Positions 12,811-27,901 of a stretch of 64,000 nucleotides of DNA are shown here, one piece after another. This DNA comes from Octopus sinensis. Lineage: Eukaryota. Both the position numbers and the translations under genes were made by a program. Location of the stretch: positions 53,754,001 through 53,818,000 of the forward strand of contig NC_043004.1 in assembly GCF_006345805.1 (NCBI RefSeq), given 5' to 3'. Each line of letters starts with the position of its first letter. The stretch's first letter is position 1. Below the pieces are notes generated by a model, which was not told the origin of the DNA, made no database searches, and saw only the letters and a list, made by a program, of their open reading frames with translations.

Positions 12811-14200
12811 GCTTGTCCTTGTTTGTCCCCACTATGTTTAGCCCCTTGTAGGCAATAAAGAAATAAGAAACGTTAGCACGCCGGGCGAAATGCTTAGCGG
12901 TATTTGAACTGTCTTTATATTCTGAGTTCAAATTCCGCTGGGATCGACTTTGCCTTTCATCCTTTCGGAGGTCGATAAATTAAGTACCAGCTGCGTACTG
13001 GGGTCTATCTAATCGACTGGCCCTCCCCACCAAAATTTCGCCGAAACACCTTTACAGGAATTGATGGATTCGTGCTAAAACTTGAAACCAATATTAGCAT
13101 TTATTATTAAAATCAAGAAAAAACACGGCGAGCTGACAGAATCGTTAGCTTGTCGGGTAAAATGCTTAGCAGCATTTCGTCTTTCTTCAAAATCCACCGA
13201 GTTCACATTCCACCGAGGCCAACTTTGCCTTTCATCCTTTCTGTGTTGATAAAATAAGTACAAGTTGAGCACTTGAGTCGATGTTATCGATTTATTCGCT
13301 CCTTCGAACTTGGTGCCCTTGTGCCAAAATTTGAAGCCATCTTTTCTACTCAAGGTACAAGGCCCTAAATGTTTTTTGGGGGAAGGGTCCAGTCGATTGA
13401 ATCGACCCTAGTATGCAGCTGGTACTTAATTTATCGACCCCCAGAAGGATAAAAGGCAAAGTCGACCTCGGTGGAATTTGAACTCAAAACGTAGCGGCAG
13501 ACGAAATACCTATTTCCTTACTACCCACATGGGGCCAAACACAGTGGGGACAAACAAACGGATTAAGTCGATTACATCGACCCCAGTGCGTAACTGGTAC
13601 TTAATTTATCGACCCCGAAAGGATGAAAGGCAAAGTCGACTTCGGCGGAATTTGAACTCAGAGCGTAACGGCAGACGAAATACTACTAAGCATATCGTCC
13701 GGCGTGCTAACGATTCTGCCAGCTCGCCACCTTCTTTGAAACTATTATTAAAGTCAAGAAAAGCCACCTGGTAGCAGAAACTTTAACACTCCGGACAAAA
13801 TATATAGCATCATTATTCTGATTTGTGATCTGAGTTCAAATTTCGCCGACATCGACTTTGCCTTTCATGCTTTCGGCTCAATAAAATAATAATTGAACAC
13901 TCAGGTCTTTGTCATCGACTAGACACCTCCCGCTAAAAAGTAAATAACAAATACATACATTGTGTTTCATAAAAACGGCATTATTTACGTGACAATGTAG
14001 GAACTGTAACGAAATTAGAAATAATTGTCAACATGGCAAGCTGGCGGAATCGTCAGATTGTTGGATAAAATGTCTTGCGGTATGTCATTCGACTCATCAT
14101 GTTCTGTGGTCGACTTGGCCTTTCAATCCTTTAAGTGCGTAGTAAAATAACTCCCAGTTGTACACAGGGATCAATGTAATTGACTAGACTTTCCCACTAA
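12810..14200. mobile_element. Cluster of about six family-2 tRNA-derived SINE copies in both orientations
   Basis: Repeated CCGAGGTCGACTTTGCCTTTCATCC...GTCGATAAATTAAGTAC units near 12870(+), 13125(+), 13390(-), 13555(-), 13775(+), 14035(+). Confidence 0.85.
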
Positions 14201-15100
14201 TCAATTATTGGCTTTTAAGAAAAAATTTAAACCATTATTTTTATTGTTGTTAACGCAGCGAGCAGGTAAAATCGTTAGAAAATCGTGAGAAAAATGGCCT
14301 TTCGCTATTTGTATTTGTTCAGGCTCTTTACCTTTGGAGTTGAAAGCACGAGGTCGACTACTACTCACTTCATTCATAAAAGCATGTAGCAGCAAAGTAC
14401 TGGGGGCGACGGTATCCAATAAATTAAGTGTGACAAAAATATGGCCAATCTGTAGATACAGAGTATCAGCAATTTTGTTCAGTCACCGCTCAATTGAATA
14501 AAAGAGAATTTTTATCATATTTTTAAGCTGTAAATTAATCTGTTGAATATAGACAGGTAGCATAATTTCAAACTCGAAACCCAACAAAAGATTCGATTAA
14601 TACTTTTACCGTGAACGCATATACTAAAACATTTTACATTTACTCCTTCAGTTTGACAAGAAAATGTCGAGCCAAACAGGAGATATGCGTTCGTTTTTCT
14701 TTTCTTCAATTTAGGTATGTGCTTGACTAGATGGATTCTAAAGATAGGAACACTATTGAATGAATTTGCTACCGAAGCAGAGCTAACTTTCTGTCAAGCA
14801 TTGTCTTCAAGAGTTTTATGCATCACTCACATAGAGAATTTCTACATATGTTCGCAATCTAAGGACTCTTACTTAACTTAGTAGAATTGTATATGCATCA
14901 TGTAGATGAGAATTCCCGAGACATGTCCGCACACAAACACTACGAGAGTTTTAAAGTGTTTTATTGCTTTATTCTGCATGGAATTGTTACACTGCATACT
15001 GATCCCTTTAAGCAGGCCTTTGTCCAACATTATAAGTAGAGTACCTAAGGCTGTTTCTGTCTCTTGATCGAAATCTAATTCATTCTTATATGTATGTACT

Positions 15101-15143
<43 letters not shown>

Positions 15144-15619
15144 ACACACACACGCACGCACACATTTGTATGTGTTTCCGTACATTTGAAGGTGTGCACA
15201 AATGTTTATGCCTACATGAAATAATAACAGAGTCAGTGTTTAATAAAATACATTTCATTATCAAAATTTAATAGAATCTCCAGACAGTGTCTAATATTTC
15301 TTATAAAATTCTGTTTGGAAACAGTTACCCGCTATGGTCCCCGCTCTGTTACCACAAAGCAATGGAAACGCAAACATCAAAGAAACATTCTTGGCATGGC
15401 AGATTGTTGTATGTTCAAATAAATCCAACCAATCACAATACGGTCAAAATTGAATTCCTCATTTTGATAAGACAGACCATACTGTAATTTCTGTTAAATA
15501 AGCTTCTGTTCCTTTGAAATATGCGTGATCTCAGTTTCACAGTAACTGAAATTGCATTAGTAAATCGAAATATGTAATTTAATGGTAGTCCCTTTCTAGA
15601 AAGTTAAAAGTTTGTCCAC

Positions 15620-16880
15620 AATCAGCTGAACCCCAACCAGTATGGTTTCCGTAATGGCAGAGACTGCTTGACGCAGCTTCAGCACCATTTTGATGACATT
15701 TTAAAAGCTCCGGGAGAAGGATCCAACACTGACGTCATATACCTTGATTTCAGCAACGCATTTGGCAGAAGGGACCACAAAATCCAGCTGAAGAAACTCT
15801 CCAACACTGGAGTCCATAGAAAGCTGTTGCAGTGGATAAAGTGTTTCCTAACAAGCAGAACCAAACATGATTGAGATAATCCGATCAAGATCAGCCAAAG
15901 TCAGTAGTGATGTCCCACAAGGTACTGTATTCTTCCCACGCCTCTTCATTGTCTGCATCAATGACATAGTAGACATCATCAAACATTCTACATTGATAAT
16001 CTTCAGAAGGTCATAAACGGCATGGGAGACCGAACATGCCTTCAGTTGGATCTGTTTGCTCTCGTCCAATGAGTGCAAAAGAACAATACACTTCTAAATA
16101 AAGATAAGTTTAATTTGATACACTTTGGAAAAGAGGTTACTCTGAAACCACCATATGCTCATCCCTCGGGCGACTCCCTAGGGTCATCCAACAACACCAG
16201 AGACATTGGAGTAATTGTTGATAACAATCTTAGCTGCAGTCCCCGCGTACAGAGCATGGCCCGCAAGATGCACTCCTGGATTCTGAGGACTTTCTGGTCT
16301 AGCTATGCCCACAGTATTCATCATTCTCTATCCTACTTTTTCCCGTCCCCCACCTTGAATACCGTTTCCCACTGTGGTCTCCCCATACGAAGCAACTCAT
16401 TATGAAACTGGTAGCACTGCCGAGGTCAATAACAGGAAAGATATGAGAGGCATTGACTATTGGGGTCGACTAAACATATTCAATCTCTACTCTCTCCAGC
16501 ACCGCCGGGAGTGCTACATCATTTGTGTGATGTGGAATATATGCCATCAATATTGCGCAAATGATGTTGGCATGAATTTTAAAATCCACCCAAGACTTGG
16601 CCCCCGTACTATCCGCCCACTACAGTAACCGAACTCAGGACACATCATAACATTACGGCACAACTACTTTACCTCAACCGGTTCAGCTCTCTTTAATACC
16701 ATAACAAAATACGTCAAAACAGAAACGAATCCCATAAAATTAAAACTTTCACTGGATAAATTACTTCAAAAAATCTCGGACTGATTTCCTACAACCAGAT
16801 ATGTCTCCAACAATAATAACTCTTTGCTAGAGTGGGCCATGGTGCCCCATATATGACTAAAAGACATCACCATGTGATGC
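15620..16880 (+). mobile_element. Degenerate CR1-group LINE 3' portion (RT remnant + 3' UTR)
   Basis: NQYGFRNGRDCLTQL...DVIYLDFSNAF..DH..L.KL...G....LL.WIK.FL, then DVPQGTV..P.LF...IND, then RDIGVIVD..LS, then YW.RL..FNLYSLQHRRE.Y.I, with several stops and frameshifts. Confidence 0.85.
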
Positions 16881-17646
16881 TATTGAGTTAGATATGGCCA
16901 GGGGATATACTGGCCAAAACCTATCAAAGTTACTGTAGAGTACAACTCATAAAACTCCAAGCTTCGGTCTGAATGAACATCATTCAAGAGCTGGACTATT
17001 TTTGGAAATTCACTTCCCAATGACAGTGCTTCAAAATGTAATGCACGTGGTTTTATGATTCCTATTGCACAACTCGCTGCTCAGAAATTTGTGTATTCTT
17101 TTCAAGACCCTAATCTTGCTTTCTGGGACTCGTCGATAACCGTGGTCTTTGGGAATAATTCTTAGAGATTCTCAATAGTTCCATCTGCCTCCATATTGTC
17201 TCTAACGCGAATGATGACAACTTTTATACTTGGATCTGTTTGAACCTCCGTTCTAAAATATCTTATCACACGGCTGCCTTTTCAAACTTCTTGTAGCATT
17301 TTGGGGATATTTTCCTTCGTTCAAGGTTTAACTTGCATCCCTTCAATATTTCTAATGGGTTACATCTAAAACGAAATTAGAATTAACCGAGTTATCTACT
17401 TTTAATATATATATAAATTTGGGGAGCACCTTGAATATATAAAATTGTGTATGAAACTGTTTCAGTATGTACGTGTGTTTCCAACCTTTTTTGTACTTAT
17501 CCATGAATATCCATGTTTTCACTTCAAGCCTATCAATTTTACATATTTTACATACTCTATTATTATCCAAGGTACATAAATCTCTTCTTTTTCCCTTTTA
17601 CCAATTTCCACTATATATATATATATTATATATATATATATATTAT

Positions 17647-17677
<31 letters not shown>

Positions 17678-17839
17678 CTATATATATATATATATATTTA
17701 TATGTATGTATATATGTGCATGTATGTATGAATGCACGCTTGTATACAAACTTATATGATGATGCATAGAGAAATGCTAAATTACAGCAGAACTAAATAT
17801 CTTGAAGGAAAAGTAGTATATAGCCATATGCATGTGTGT

Positions 17840-17888
<49 letters not shown>

Positions 17889-18168
17889 CGTGTGCGAGCT
17901 CTCGCATGTGTGTACACACACACACACCTCCTTCGCTGCTTTATCATTTCTCTATCATAGATTGTATCTATGAAGTTGTAAAGCACAACGTGGGTTGAAC
18001 TCAAGTATGCCGGGCAAAGCACAATATGAGTGGTTGGTCAAGCAAAATAACATAAAGATAACGTATAAATAATAGATAACATACACCCACACATATACGC
18101 ATACACCCAAAAGCTGCCACTTTCACACACATATAGACAAACACACACATTTCATATAGGTGTGTCTG

Positions 18169-18240
<72 letters not shown>

Positions 18241-18785
18241 CTTAAGGTCATAATAGGTGGTACAATAATATGCTATAAAAACAGACTATGATTAGATAGA
18301 TATATGGGAGAACAGATATATGCGGAAATAGATATACGTTAAAATGAAGTATAGCAAAAAAAAAAAATAAATAAATAAAACGCAGAATATACAACTGAAA
18401 TAAACAAGAGGAGAAAATTAATACAGACATACATACACACTGGCGCACACATGCATATATGTAACAACATATACATTATCATATATACTTATATAGTTAT
18501 ATCTACGTACCTATATATATATATAGATAGATAGGGAGATAAATAAATCGATATACAATGTAGGAATGAGAATTAACATATGAATGATATATTGTAAGAG
18601 GTGATATAGGAGGTGGAATTTTGGCATCCCAATCTCCCAGATCTACTGGCTATCTATTATAGAAAACAATAATCATCACAATTATCTACATCATATTTCA
18701 TTTTCACTTTTTATCCAATTTCTTTTTTCTCTCCTTACTTTTCTTCTATCGATTATTGTTGTTCTTGTTCTATCATTATTGCTGA

Positions 18786-18834
<49 letters not shown>

Positions 18835-19646
18835 GTTGTTGTTGTTGTTGTTGGTGGTGTTGTTGTTGTTGTTGTTGTTGTTAGTTTTATTTCCGTTTTT
18901 TGTTTTTGTTCATATTTTTGTTTGTTATTTTGGGTTTCTGTTTGTTTTGAACAGTCACGTTGTTTCACAAAGTTTCACTTCGAAAATATTTTCTTTCATG
19001 ATTATTTGACGGCATAACAGTTTTTTTTTATTTATCTATTTACGTACTTTTTCGGTCGTGTTTTTAGCAAGAATTTCCTTTTTCTTTTTCTTTTGGTGAG
19101 CGATTTATTTGAAAGTCCTTTATTTCCATGGGACATAATGGATTGGCTTTAGACAACTTATTGTATACACATCATGGCACACATCTATATACTTGGTTTC
19201 ATAGTGGTTCAATAAGATTACCTCAAGTATACAGTACAATGTGCCAGCTAATAGAGATGTTATAAAAAGAATATGGTAACAACTAATGTTGGAAGTATGT
19301 AAAAACTGAAAAGCATTAATTTTGAAAATGACAAATTAAAATGAATAGCACAAATACTTATTACACAGTCATAATCTGTTTCGTGAATTTATAAACTTAA
19401 ATGAAATTGGCAAAAACAGCATCACCACTATTAAGAGCAATAAAATTCCATTCTTTGTAATGTGTCCACGACACAGAAGTTTCTTGAGATCTGACAGCAC
19501 ATGAAAATGTAAAGTAATGTCAGGAAAGGGTGATTCCTTTCCTAGCAATTTAACTAGTTATAAGCTGTCTTCAATGGCTAAAATGCATGCCAGATCGTCC
19601 ATAGGACTCCCTGCCTTTTATATATTGTATAACTCAGAAAACTAAT

Positions 19647-19960
19647 GGCGCATGGCTCAGTTGTTAGAGTGTTGGACATACAATCTTGAGGTAGGGAGTT
19701 CAATTCCCGGACCATACTCTGTTGTGTTCTCGAGCAAGACAATTTATGTTAGGTTGCCCCAGTTCACTCAGGGGTAGAAATGAGTTGTGACGTTACGAAC
19801 ACCAAGTTGCATCGGCCTTTCTCCTTCCATCGGATAACATCGGTGGTGTGGAGAGGGGAGACTGGTATGCATGAGCGACTGTTGGTCTTCCATAAAAAAT
19901 CTTGCCCAGAGGACAACTTTCTAGGTGCAATCCCATGACCATTTATGACCAAAGGTCTTT
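19647..19960 (+). mobile_element. tRNA-derived SINE (family 3)
   Basis: GGCGCATGGCTCAGTTGTTAGAG (A box)...GGAGTTCAATTCCCGG (B box); homologous to 30198 and 51460 copies. Confidence 0.8.
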
Positions 19961-19969
19961 TTATAAATA

Positions 19970-20946
<977 letters not shown>

Positions 20947-20969
20947 ATATATAATATATATATTATATA

Positions 20970-21013
<44 letters not shown>

Positions 21014-21321
21014 ATATGAGTTAGAGGTATTAAAACCATCTAAGGGCTAGATATATCCAGAGGCACTTCTGGTAATCACCTCAGTATGTATGGTCCTTGT
21101 TATAAGGTATACGGTAGTAGATAATTTAAAAGGTAAACTGTAGTTTAATGTATATAAAGACGATAAGAAAATGAAGAAATAAATAACAATGAGAAGTGGA
21201 TCTTTGGTGTTACAAAGCCATTATCTAATTAAGATACATACTCTCATCTTACATAATCAGTTAAATAGTGGATTCCAAAGATTCACTTCTCATTGATATT
21301 TCTGTCTCCATTTTGTTATCG

Positions 21322-21376
<55 letters not shown>

Positions 21377-21388
21377 TATATATATGTA

Positions 21389-21426
<38 letters not shown>

Positions 21427-21512
21427 ATATATATTATATATATACATTATTCTTAACATTGGTGTAGGTTTTAAAATTATTCTTTTTTAATGCTTTCCCC
21501 TAAGTTTAAGGT

Positions 21513-21662
21513 GGCGAACCGGCAGAATCCTTAGCACACCGGACAACTCGTTAATCGGCATTTCGTCCGTTTTACGTTCCAAGTACGAATACCACCGAGG
21601 TCGACTTCGCCTTTCATCCCTTTAGCGTTGATAAAATAAGAACCAGTTGAATACTGGGGGCG
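21513..21662 (+). mobile_element. tRNA-derived SINE (family 2)
   Basis: GGCGAACCGGCAGAATCCTTAG...CCGAGGTCGACTTCGCCTTTCATCC. Confidence 0.8.
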
Positions 21663-21839
21663 ATATTTTCCATCTGTTATATTCGTTATATCTCAGTTTA
21701 AGTGTTTGTATACTTCTCATTTAAAACTCTAATTTTAGATCTTTACGTGATTTACGGCTTCATTTTATGTTAATTTGTCAATTTGTGTTCCCTAATGCTA
21801 GTTTTGACACATTTGCATAAATCGATAATTATTCTTATA

Positions 21840-22236
21840 TCTTTATATATAAAAGAGAAGTTGTGTGTCTGTCTCCTACGATTTAGATTCCTAACTACTC
21901 CCACATTTTGCGGTGCAGTTTAACCAAAAGCGGGTATCTTATAGTCGTGATTCATATCGAGCCCTTCTGGGTATTAGCGCGCGTCTACGATGAGTCTACG
22001 ATTTTTAAAAAAAAATTTACCATAATTTTTTCCATTTTGATGCATTTTTCGCTATTATATAAGGGAAGTAACTTTCTAAAAATGTCTACGATGAGTCAAC
22101 GATTTAAAAAAAAATTACCATCATACTTTTTTCCATTTTTAATGCATTTTTTGCTATTTTTTGGCTATAACTCTCTAAAAATGCTTATATAGTTATTTCC
22201 CTTACAAACCCGAGCAACGCCGGGCGATACTGTTAG
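21840..22236 (+). mobile_element. Non-autonomous Helitron
   Basis: 5' TC start (TCTTTATATATAAAAG), subterminal GC hairpin CCCGAGCAACGCCGGG, 3' end TTAG (CTAG in sister copies at 31051 and 31438). Confidence 0.85.
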
Positions 22237-23559
22237 TCTTGTATAAATCTATTTACAATTTTTAGTTCCTTTGTATATATCATTATGTCATCCATAGGTG
22301 TGGCATTTACATCCACTGTTAGCTCCATTCATCTAAATTTAGAACGAAAATGAAATCCACTGAACGATTCATCTTTCTATGAATATAGTACTGACTATAG
22401 TTATATGATATGTTGATCATATGCTTATTGTCCACTTTCTCCTGGTTCTTGTACCTAGTTAGTATTCAGGCTTGTTTTATTCAGTTTAGATTTTCTCTGT
22501 TATCCCACAGTATAATAAACTGTGAATATGTTTAGGCTCGTTAACGTATATTGTAACGGTTGTTTTTATTGCCAACCCCCATAACTTGGTTTACAAGCCG
22601 CTACTCTTTAGACCAATACATCTTTCCTGTTATCCGATCTGCTTGTCCTGTAATGATATTTTTCTCCAAGTCACTGGCTAGCTTCTTCGAGATTGTTTCC
22701 TTGTCATTCGGGTTATAGACATGTATGCTTGCAGTATCCGATTTTTTGTTTCGAGAATTTATATTTCATCTAGCAGACAGTATGTGTTGATTCTGGTCTG
22801 CTTAACAATTCTTCGAAATCTACCGTCATATATCCATTCATACTGGTCAAACGCTTCAAGTTAATAAATGGCAGTTTCCATTCCCCAGCTTCCGAGTTCT
22901 TAATTCATTGATAATTCTCTCGCCAGTTATAGTGGGTCATTCTGGCTGTACAATTATACTTCTTTTAGTCTCTTTTTTTACTTAAAATACACCTGCCTTT
23001 GGTTGCACTTTTTCACAGTAACCATCAATTTCCATTGATGTTCGTCTGTGCTGCAAATTTATGATTTTCATCTCTCTCTTCTTTTTTATTCTGTTAAAGT
23101 CCCCTGTATTATCCCTTTGTTCATGATAGAAATTTATTATTCACTTAGGAACATTTTTATAGTATTTGAAACACACGCCAGAAATGATTTTAAGCATTCT
23201 CTTGTTGAAACAGAGACTGTATTCGTTTTGTTTATATAGTTTATATATCTTTCTCCTATTCATATTAGATCTCTACTTTTTCACTTCCCTAAGGAGCGAT
23301 AGATCTTAGCTTTCTCATTCAAACTATGTAACATGTATTCTTAGCAATTCTTTGCGTGTCAGAGGTTGTTTGAGGGTCTAAATAAGCTGCGTGTCCTTTC
23401 ATAGTACAACTGCTGTGACGTAAATTCTTGCATAAACTGAAGACAAGCTCATTCATCCATGACTTAATAAATATAGCAGTATCTTCCAAACTATTTGTTT
23501 GAATAAATCGATCTGTTCCTCTTCGGATTATATGTGTCAGTTGACAAACATATAGCCAT

Positions 23560-23725
23560 GACTGTGGCTAGATTTACTAAGAAGCTCACTTTTGAACCAT
23601 TTCGTTTTGGGTTCAATACCGTTGTGCAACAATTTGGACTAGAGGCTTCTTCCAAAGCCTAGCATTATCCAATACTCTGAGAGCGAATTTGGTCAACAGA
23701 AAGTCTGTGCAAGCCCGTCGTGTGT
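23560..23725 (+). mobile_element. Degenerate family-1 SINE
   Basis: TGTGGCT...GGGTTCAATACC...AAGCCCGTCGTGTGTG, similar to the family-1 head. Confidence 0.5.
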
Positions 23726-23742
23726 GTGTATATGTATATATA

Positions 23743-24840
23743 CGAGGGGCGTTCAATAAGTAATGCCTCTGACCCACTTGCCTTTGTTTGATCTAGCTGA
23801 AATTTTGTATGTGAAATTATGTATATTTCTATAGATTACGTGGCAAATTACAGCTCCGGGCTAATTGTGGTTTCTGATTTACAGGTGTTTGAAATGAGTC
23901 AAGTGGGAAATGGAGCCTGTTGAGTGTCGAGCAGTGATCCGGTTTTTTTATTTGAAATGACGCACACCACAGGAGACTTTTGATGAAATGAAAGTAACTT
24001 ATGGTGATGATGCCCCATCATATGACCTTGTAAAACGCTGGCATCGTGAATTCAAACATGGTCGGAACTCTGTGGAAACAGCTCCCAGATCTGGTCGCAC
24101 CCCTTCTGCCATTGATGAGGCATATGTCCGTCAAGTTGAGGCTGCCATTTTGAAAGATCGACACATAACTATTCGCCAAATAGCCCATGAGGTCAAGATT
24201 AGTACCGGGTCTGTAGAAACTATCATTCATGACCATTTGCATATGCAAAAGGTGTCTGCCAGATGGATTCCCCAGGCTGCTCACACTTTTCCAGAAGCAA
24301 GAACGCGTCGAGTGCTCGAGGGTGAATTTGGAGATGTGCCAAGAAGATGAGTCAAAATTTTTCAAAAGACTGATTACACAGGATGAAACCTGGGTCCATC
24401 ACTATGATCCAGAGACCAAAGCCCAGTCAATGCAGTGGAAGCACCGTGACTCACCCCCTCCAAAGAAGGCAAGGGTGCAGCCCTCCGCTGGCAAAGTCAT
24501 GCTCACAGTCTTCTGGGACCAGGACGGAGTAGTGATGACAGATTTCCTGGCAAAGGGTACCACAATTGCAGGAGCCTATTATGCTTCACTTTTGAGGAAA
24601 TTAAGAGAAGTTATCAAAATCAAGAGGCGGGGCAAGATCAGCAAAGGCATCCTCCTCCTGGAGGACCAAGCTGGGGTCTTAAACGAAAACGGTCTCCAGA
24701 GCTGCATCAAACAATGGGAGAAATGCGTAACTCTGGGTTGTTCCTATGTAGAAAAAGACTAATAACTGTGCCAAGTTTTGTTGCTCTACTGCTATGGGAA
24801 GTGGATCAGGGGCATTACTTATTGAATTGAACGCCCCTCG
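23743..24840 (+). mobile_element. mariner transposon (irritans-like), both TIRs, internally deleted and frameshifted
   Basis: TA|CGAGGGGCGTTCAATAAGTAATGC ... GCATTACTTATTGAATTGAACGCCCCTCG|TA (5-bp TTGAA duplication in the right TIR). HTH region in ORF 23988-24350; ITQDETWVHHYDPETK.QSMQW and KVMLTVFWD in 24229-24762; the segment containing the third catalytic Asp is missing. Confidence 0.95.
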
Positions 24841-24871
<31 letters not shown>

Positions 24872-24874
24872 ATA

Positions 24875-24919
<45 letters not shown>

Positions 24920-25359
24920 ATATATATATATGTGTGCGTGTGTGTGTGTGTGTGCACGCATGTTTATCTCTCTCTCACATTACTTGTTTTGTTGACGTCC
25001 GCGTAACTAGCAGTTCGACAAAATATAACGATAAAACGATTACCATTCTTTAAAAAGTATTAGAATCGATTTTGTTCGATCTCAACCAAGGTTTTGCCCC
25101 AGCATGACCGCAGTGCAATGCCTGGAAACATTGGCGACGCTATTTGCTTGTGTTGAGCTAGTGTATCGTTTTATGTCTCTCAATGTTCATTGATTGAATG
25201 TGTTAACTTCTAAATTTTTTCTGTCGTGATATCGTGTTTTCGTTTCCGCTTTGTTATCTCTAGGACATCTGCCATGTTTTGATGTGTTTGCTTAAACTGT
25301 ATTTGTTGTTTCTCGTTGGGTTTTAGGGATATTTTAAATTATATTTTGTTACGATGACA

Positions 25360-25377
25360 ACAACAACAACAACAACA

Positions 25378-25418
<41 letters not shown>

Positions 25419-25453
25419 CACCACCGCTGCCACAATGGAACGGTGAAGCTGCT

Positions 25454-25484
<31 letters not shown>

Positions 25485-25650
25485 CAGCAGCAGCAGCAAC
25501 AACGGCAGCTGCGGTAGTAATGGTAATAGTTGTTTTTGTTGTTATTATTGTAGTGCGAGCGCCAGTAACAGCAATACCAATAACAGCAGTAACAGCATAA
25601 GAATCCGCAGCACCAGCATCGGGACCTGCAGCAGCAAGAGCAACAGTAGT
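25360..25650. repeat. Compound (CAA)(CTA)(CAC)(TAG)(CAG) microsatellite
   Basis: Direct runs. Confidence 0.9.
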
Positions 25651-25653
25651 AGG

Positions 25654-26728
25654 GATCTACTTTTTTTTCTTCACAAAATATGCATTTTTTAAAAGACAGT
25701 AAAAAATCTGAAAATCGGCTATAATAATAAAGTTTTAGAGTGTAATTGAAGGTATGATGTTGTGTACAAAAATAATTGGATGAAAAAGTTACAGAAGTTT
25801 AAAAATCGAAAAAAAATGTGTATTTACAGGCAAAAGCGAGACAGAAATTTTCAGCGTTTAGCGGAGCGATGTCAACTTTAAGTTTGTACCCTGTGAAATT
25901 TATAGTTTAGCGTGTGAAATGACCTCTTCATTGTAGGTTTCTAAATAAACAGAAATACCTTAAAAACTCAACTGTTTCTTTTGTCTCTTCATTGATTGTA
26001 TGTTTTCATTATGTTTTTAATGTGTTTACTTTATGCGTATGTCAGTATTATGATTACCTATGGTGTATTTGTGTACATCATTAATATATAAGTGCTGCGC
26101 GTGTGTGTGTGAGTGTGTGTGTGAGAAAAGGTGGGTATCTGTCACTAAAACTTCAAAGTTGAATAACATTTTCATGCTTAGATTTGTAAACTACGATAAG
26201 AATTACAACTGGTCAACAAAGAATTTGTCCCAAGAAAAAGAATAATCTATCATATGTTTTTGCATGGCAGAATTTAAAAATAATGTCAATTTATCTGGAC
26301 TAAGTTCACATATTCCATTCACCTTCATAATGTCAAAACATTGCTAAAAACATTTGCTATAAATGAAAAATATGTAAAATATTAAGAGAATTTGCAAAAA
26401 ATACCTATAATAAAATTCTAATTCACATATATAAATTTTTGCTGAAAGAAAACATGCGGGTGAATTAAATCTCGCGTCGTGCGGGTGGAACACAACACAA
26501 TGTGCAGTTGTCACGGTTACAAGCTGTTGATGCCTCGTTGTCTGTTGATTGGCTACAATTGCCCAACTTTCCCAACTTCATTCCAAATAACATCAGATTC
26601 TTTAATTTCCGAGATAAAGTAATTGGCTGATTGTAATCAAAATTCAGAGTTGCATCGATACACCAAAACTGAAAGTAATCTGAGAAAAATTAAAAGGGGC
26701 TCATTTTGTGAAGGAAAAAGACTAGATC
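25654..26728. mobile_element. Probable non-autonomous DNA transposon with ~25-bp imperfect TIRs
   Basis: GATCTACTTTTTTTTCTTCACAAAAT vs ATTTTGTGAAGGAAAAAGACTAGATC; flanked by (TAG)n; no coding remnant seen. Confidence 0.5.
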
Positions 26729-26771
<43 letters not shown>

Positions 26772-26943
26772 TGTAGTAGTAGTAGTAGAAGCAGTAACAG
26801 TAGTAGTAATTGTTGTTGTTGTTGTCATCGTAATAGCGACAGCAGTAGTGGTAGTAGTTGCTTAGATATCTATTATTTTATTGTATTCTTCAAACTTCAA
26901 ACTATTTATATTTATATATATATATGTATATATATATATATTA

Positions 26944-26986
<43 letters not shown>

Positions 26987-27052
26987 ATGTATGTTGTATG
27001 TATATATACATGTGTATATATATATATATATATTATATATATATATATACAC

Positions 27053-27083
<31 letters not shown>

Positions 27084-27233
27084 GAGATATATATTACGCA
27101 TATATTTATATATATATATATATATATATATACATGTGTATAGATATATATATATATATATAATATATATTAATATATATTATATATATATACACATTAT
27201 TTATACACACATATATATATATATATAGATATA

Positions 27234-27298
<65 letters not shown>

Positions 27299-27841
27299 CC
27301 TATGGTTTTAGTATTTTTTAAATTTAGTTTTCATGCTTTTAATATTTTGTATTCTTTTGTTGCTTCGAATCATGTTTTCCTGCTTTTTCTTGAAATAAAC
27401 ATTATTTAGAATTATACGTGATTTTTGTGAACAGAAAAAGTTTAGGTGATTGTTATTTGAGTTCTTTCTCCGTTTTTACAACCATTTATCATAAATCTTA
27501 CACTAAATCATGTACTTTTAACAGTATATATGTATATATCTATGAATGTATTTATGTATGCATGCATGTATATATGTATGAATATATGTACTATGTATTT
27601 ACGTATGTGCGTATGCGTGTATGTATGTTTGAATGTATGTAGCTATATGTGTTTGTATATAAATGTATATATATATATACATTTATACACTCACATATAT
27701 ATATACACACACTCACTCAAGCACATATATGCTTATGTGCTTATACACACATACGTGCGTATGTGTGTATGTACAGAGAGAGAAAACATAGGTAGATAGA
27801 TAAATACATATATACTAACACCGAGAAGCGTAGATGTATAA

Positions 27842-27897
<56 letters not shown>

Positions 27898-27901
<4 letters not shown>

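Noticed and set aside
16960-17350. Protein-like minus-strand stretches (RYFRTEVQTDPSIKVVIIRVRDNMEADGTIENL; LFPKTTVIDESQKA)
   Set aside because: Several stops and no recognisable family; cannot be assigned without a database search
19380-19560. Minus-strand HPFLTLL, reminiscent of AGC kinases
   Set aside because: Needs frameshifts, no further kinase motifs; likely coincidence
22380-23050. Possible degenerate LINE ORF on the minus strand
   Set aside because: Many stops and no diagnostic RT motif recognised
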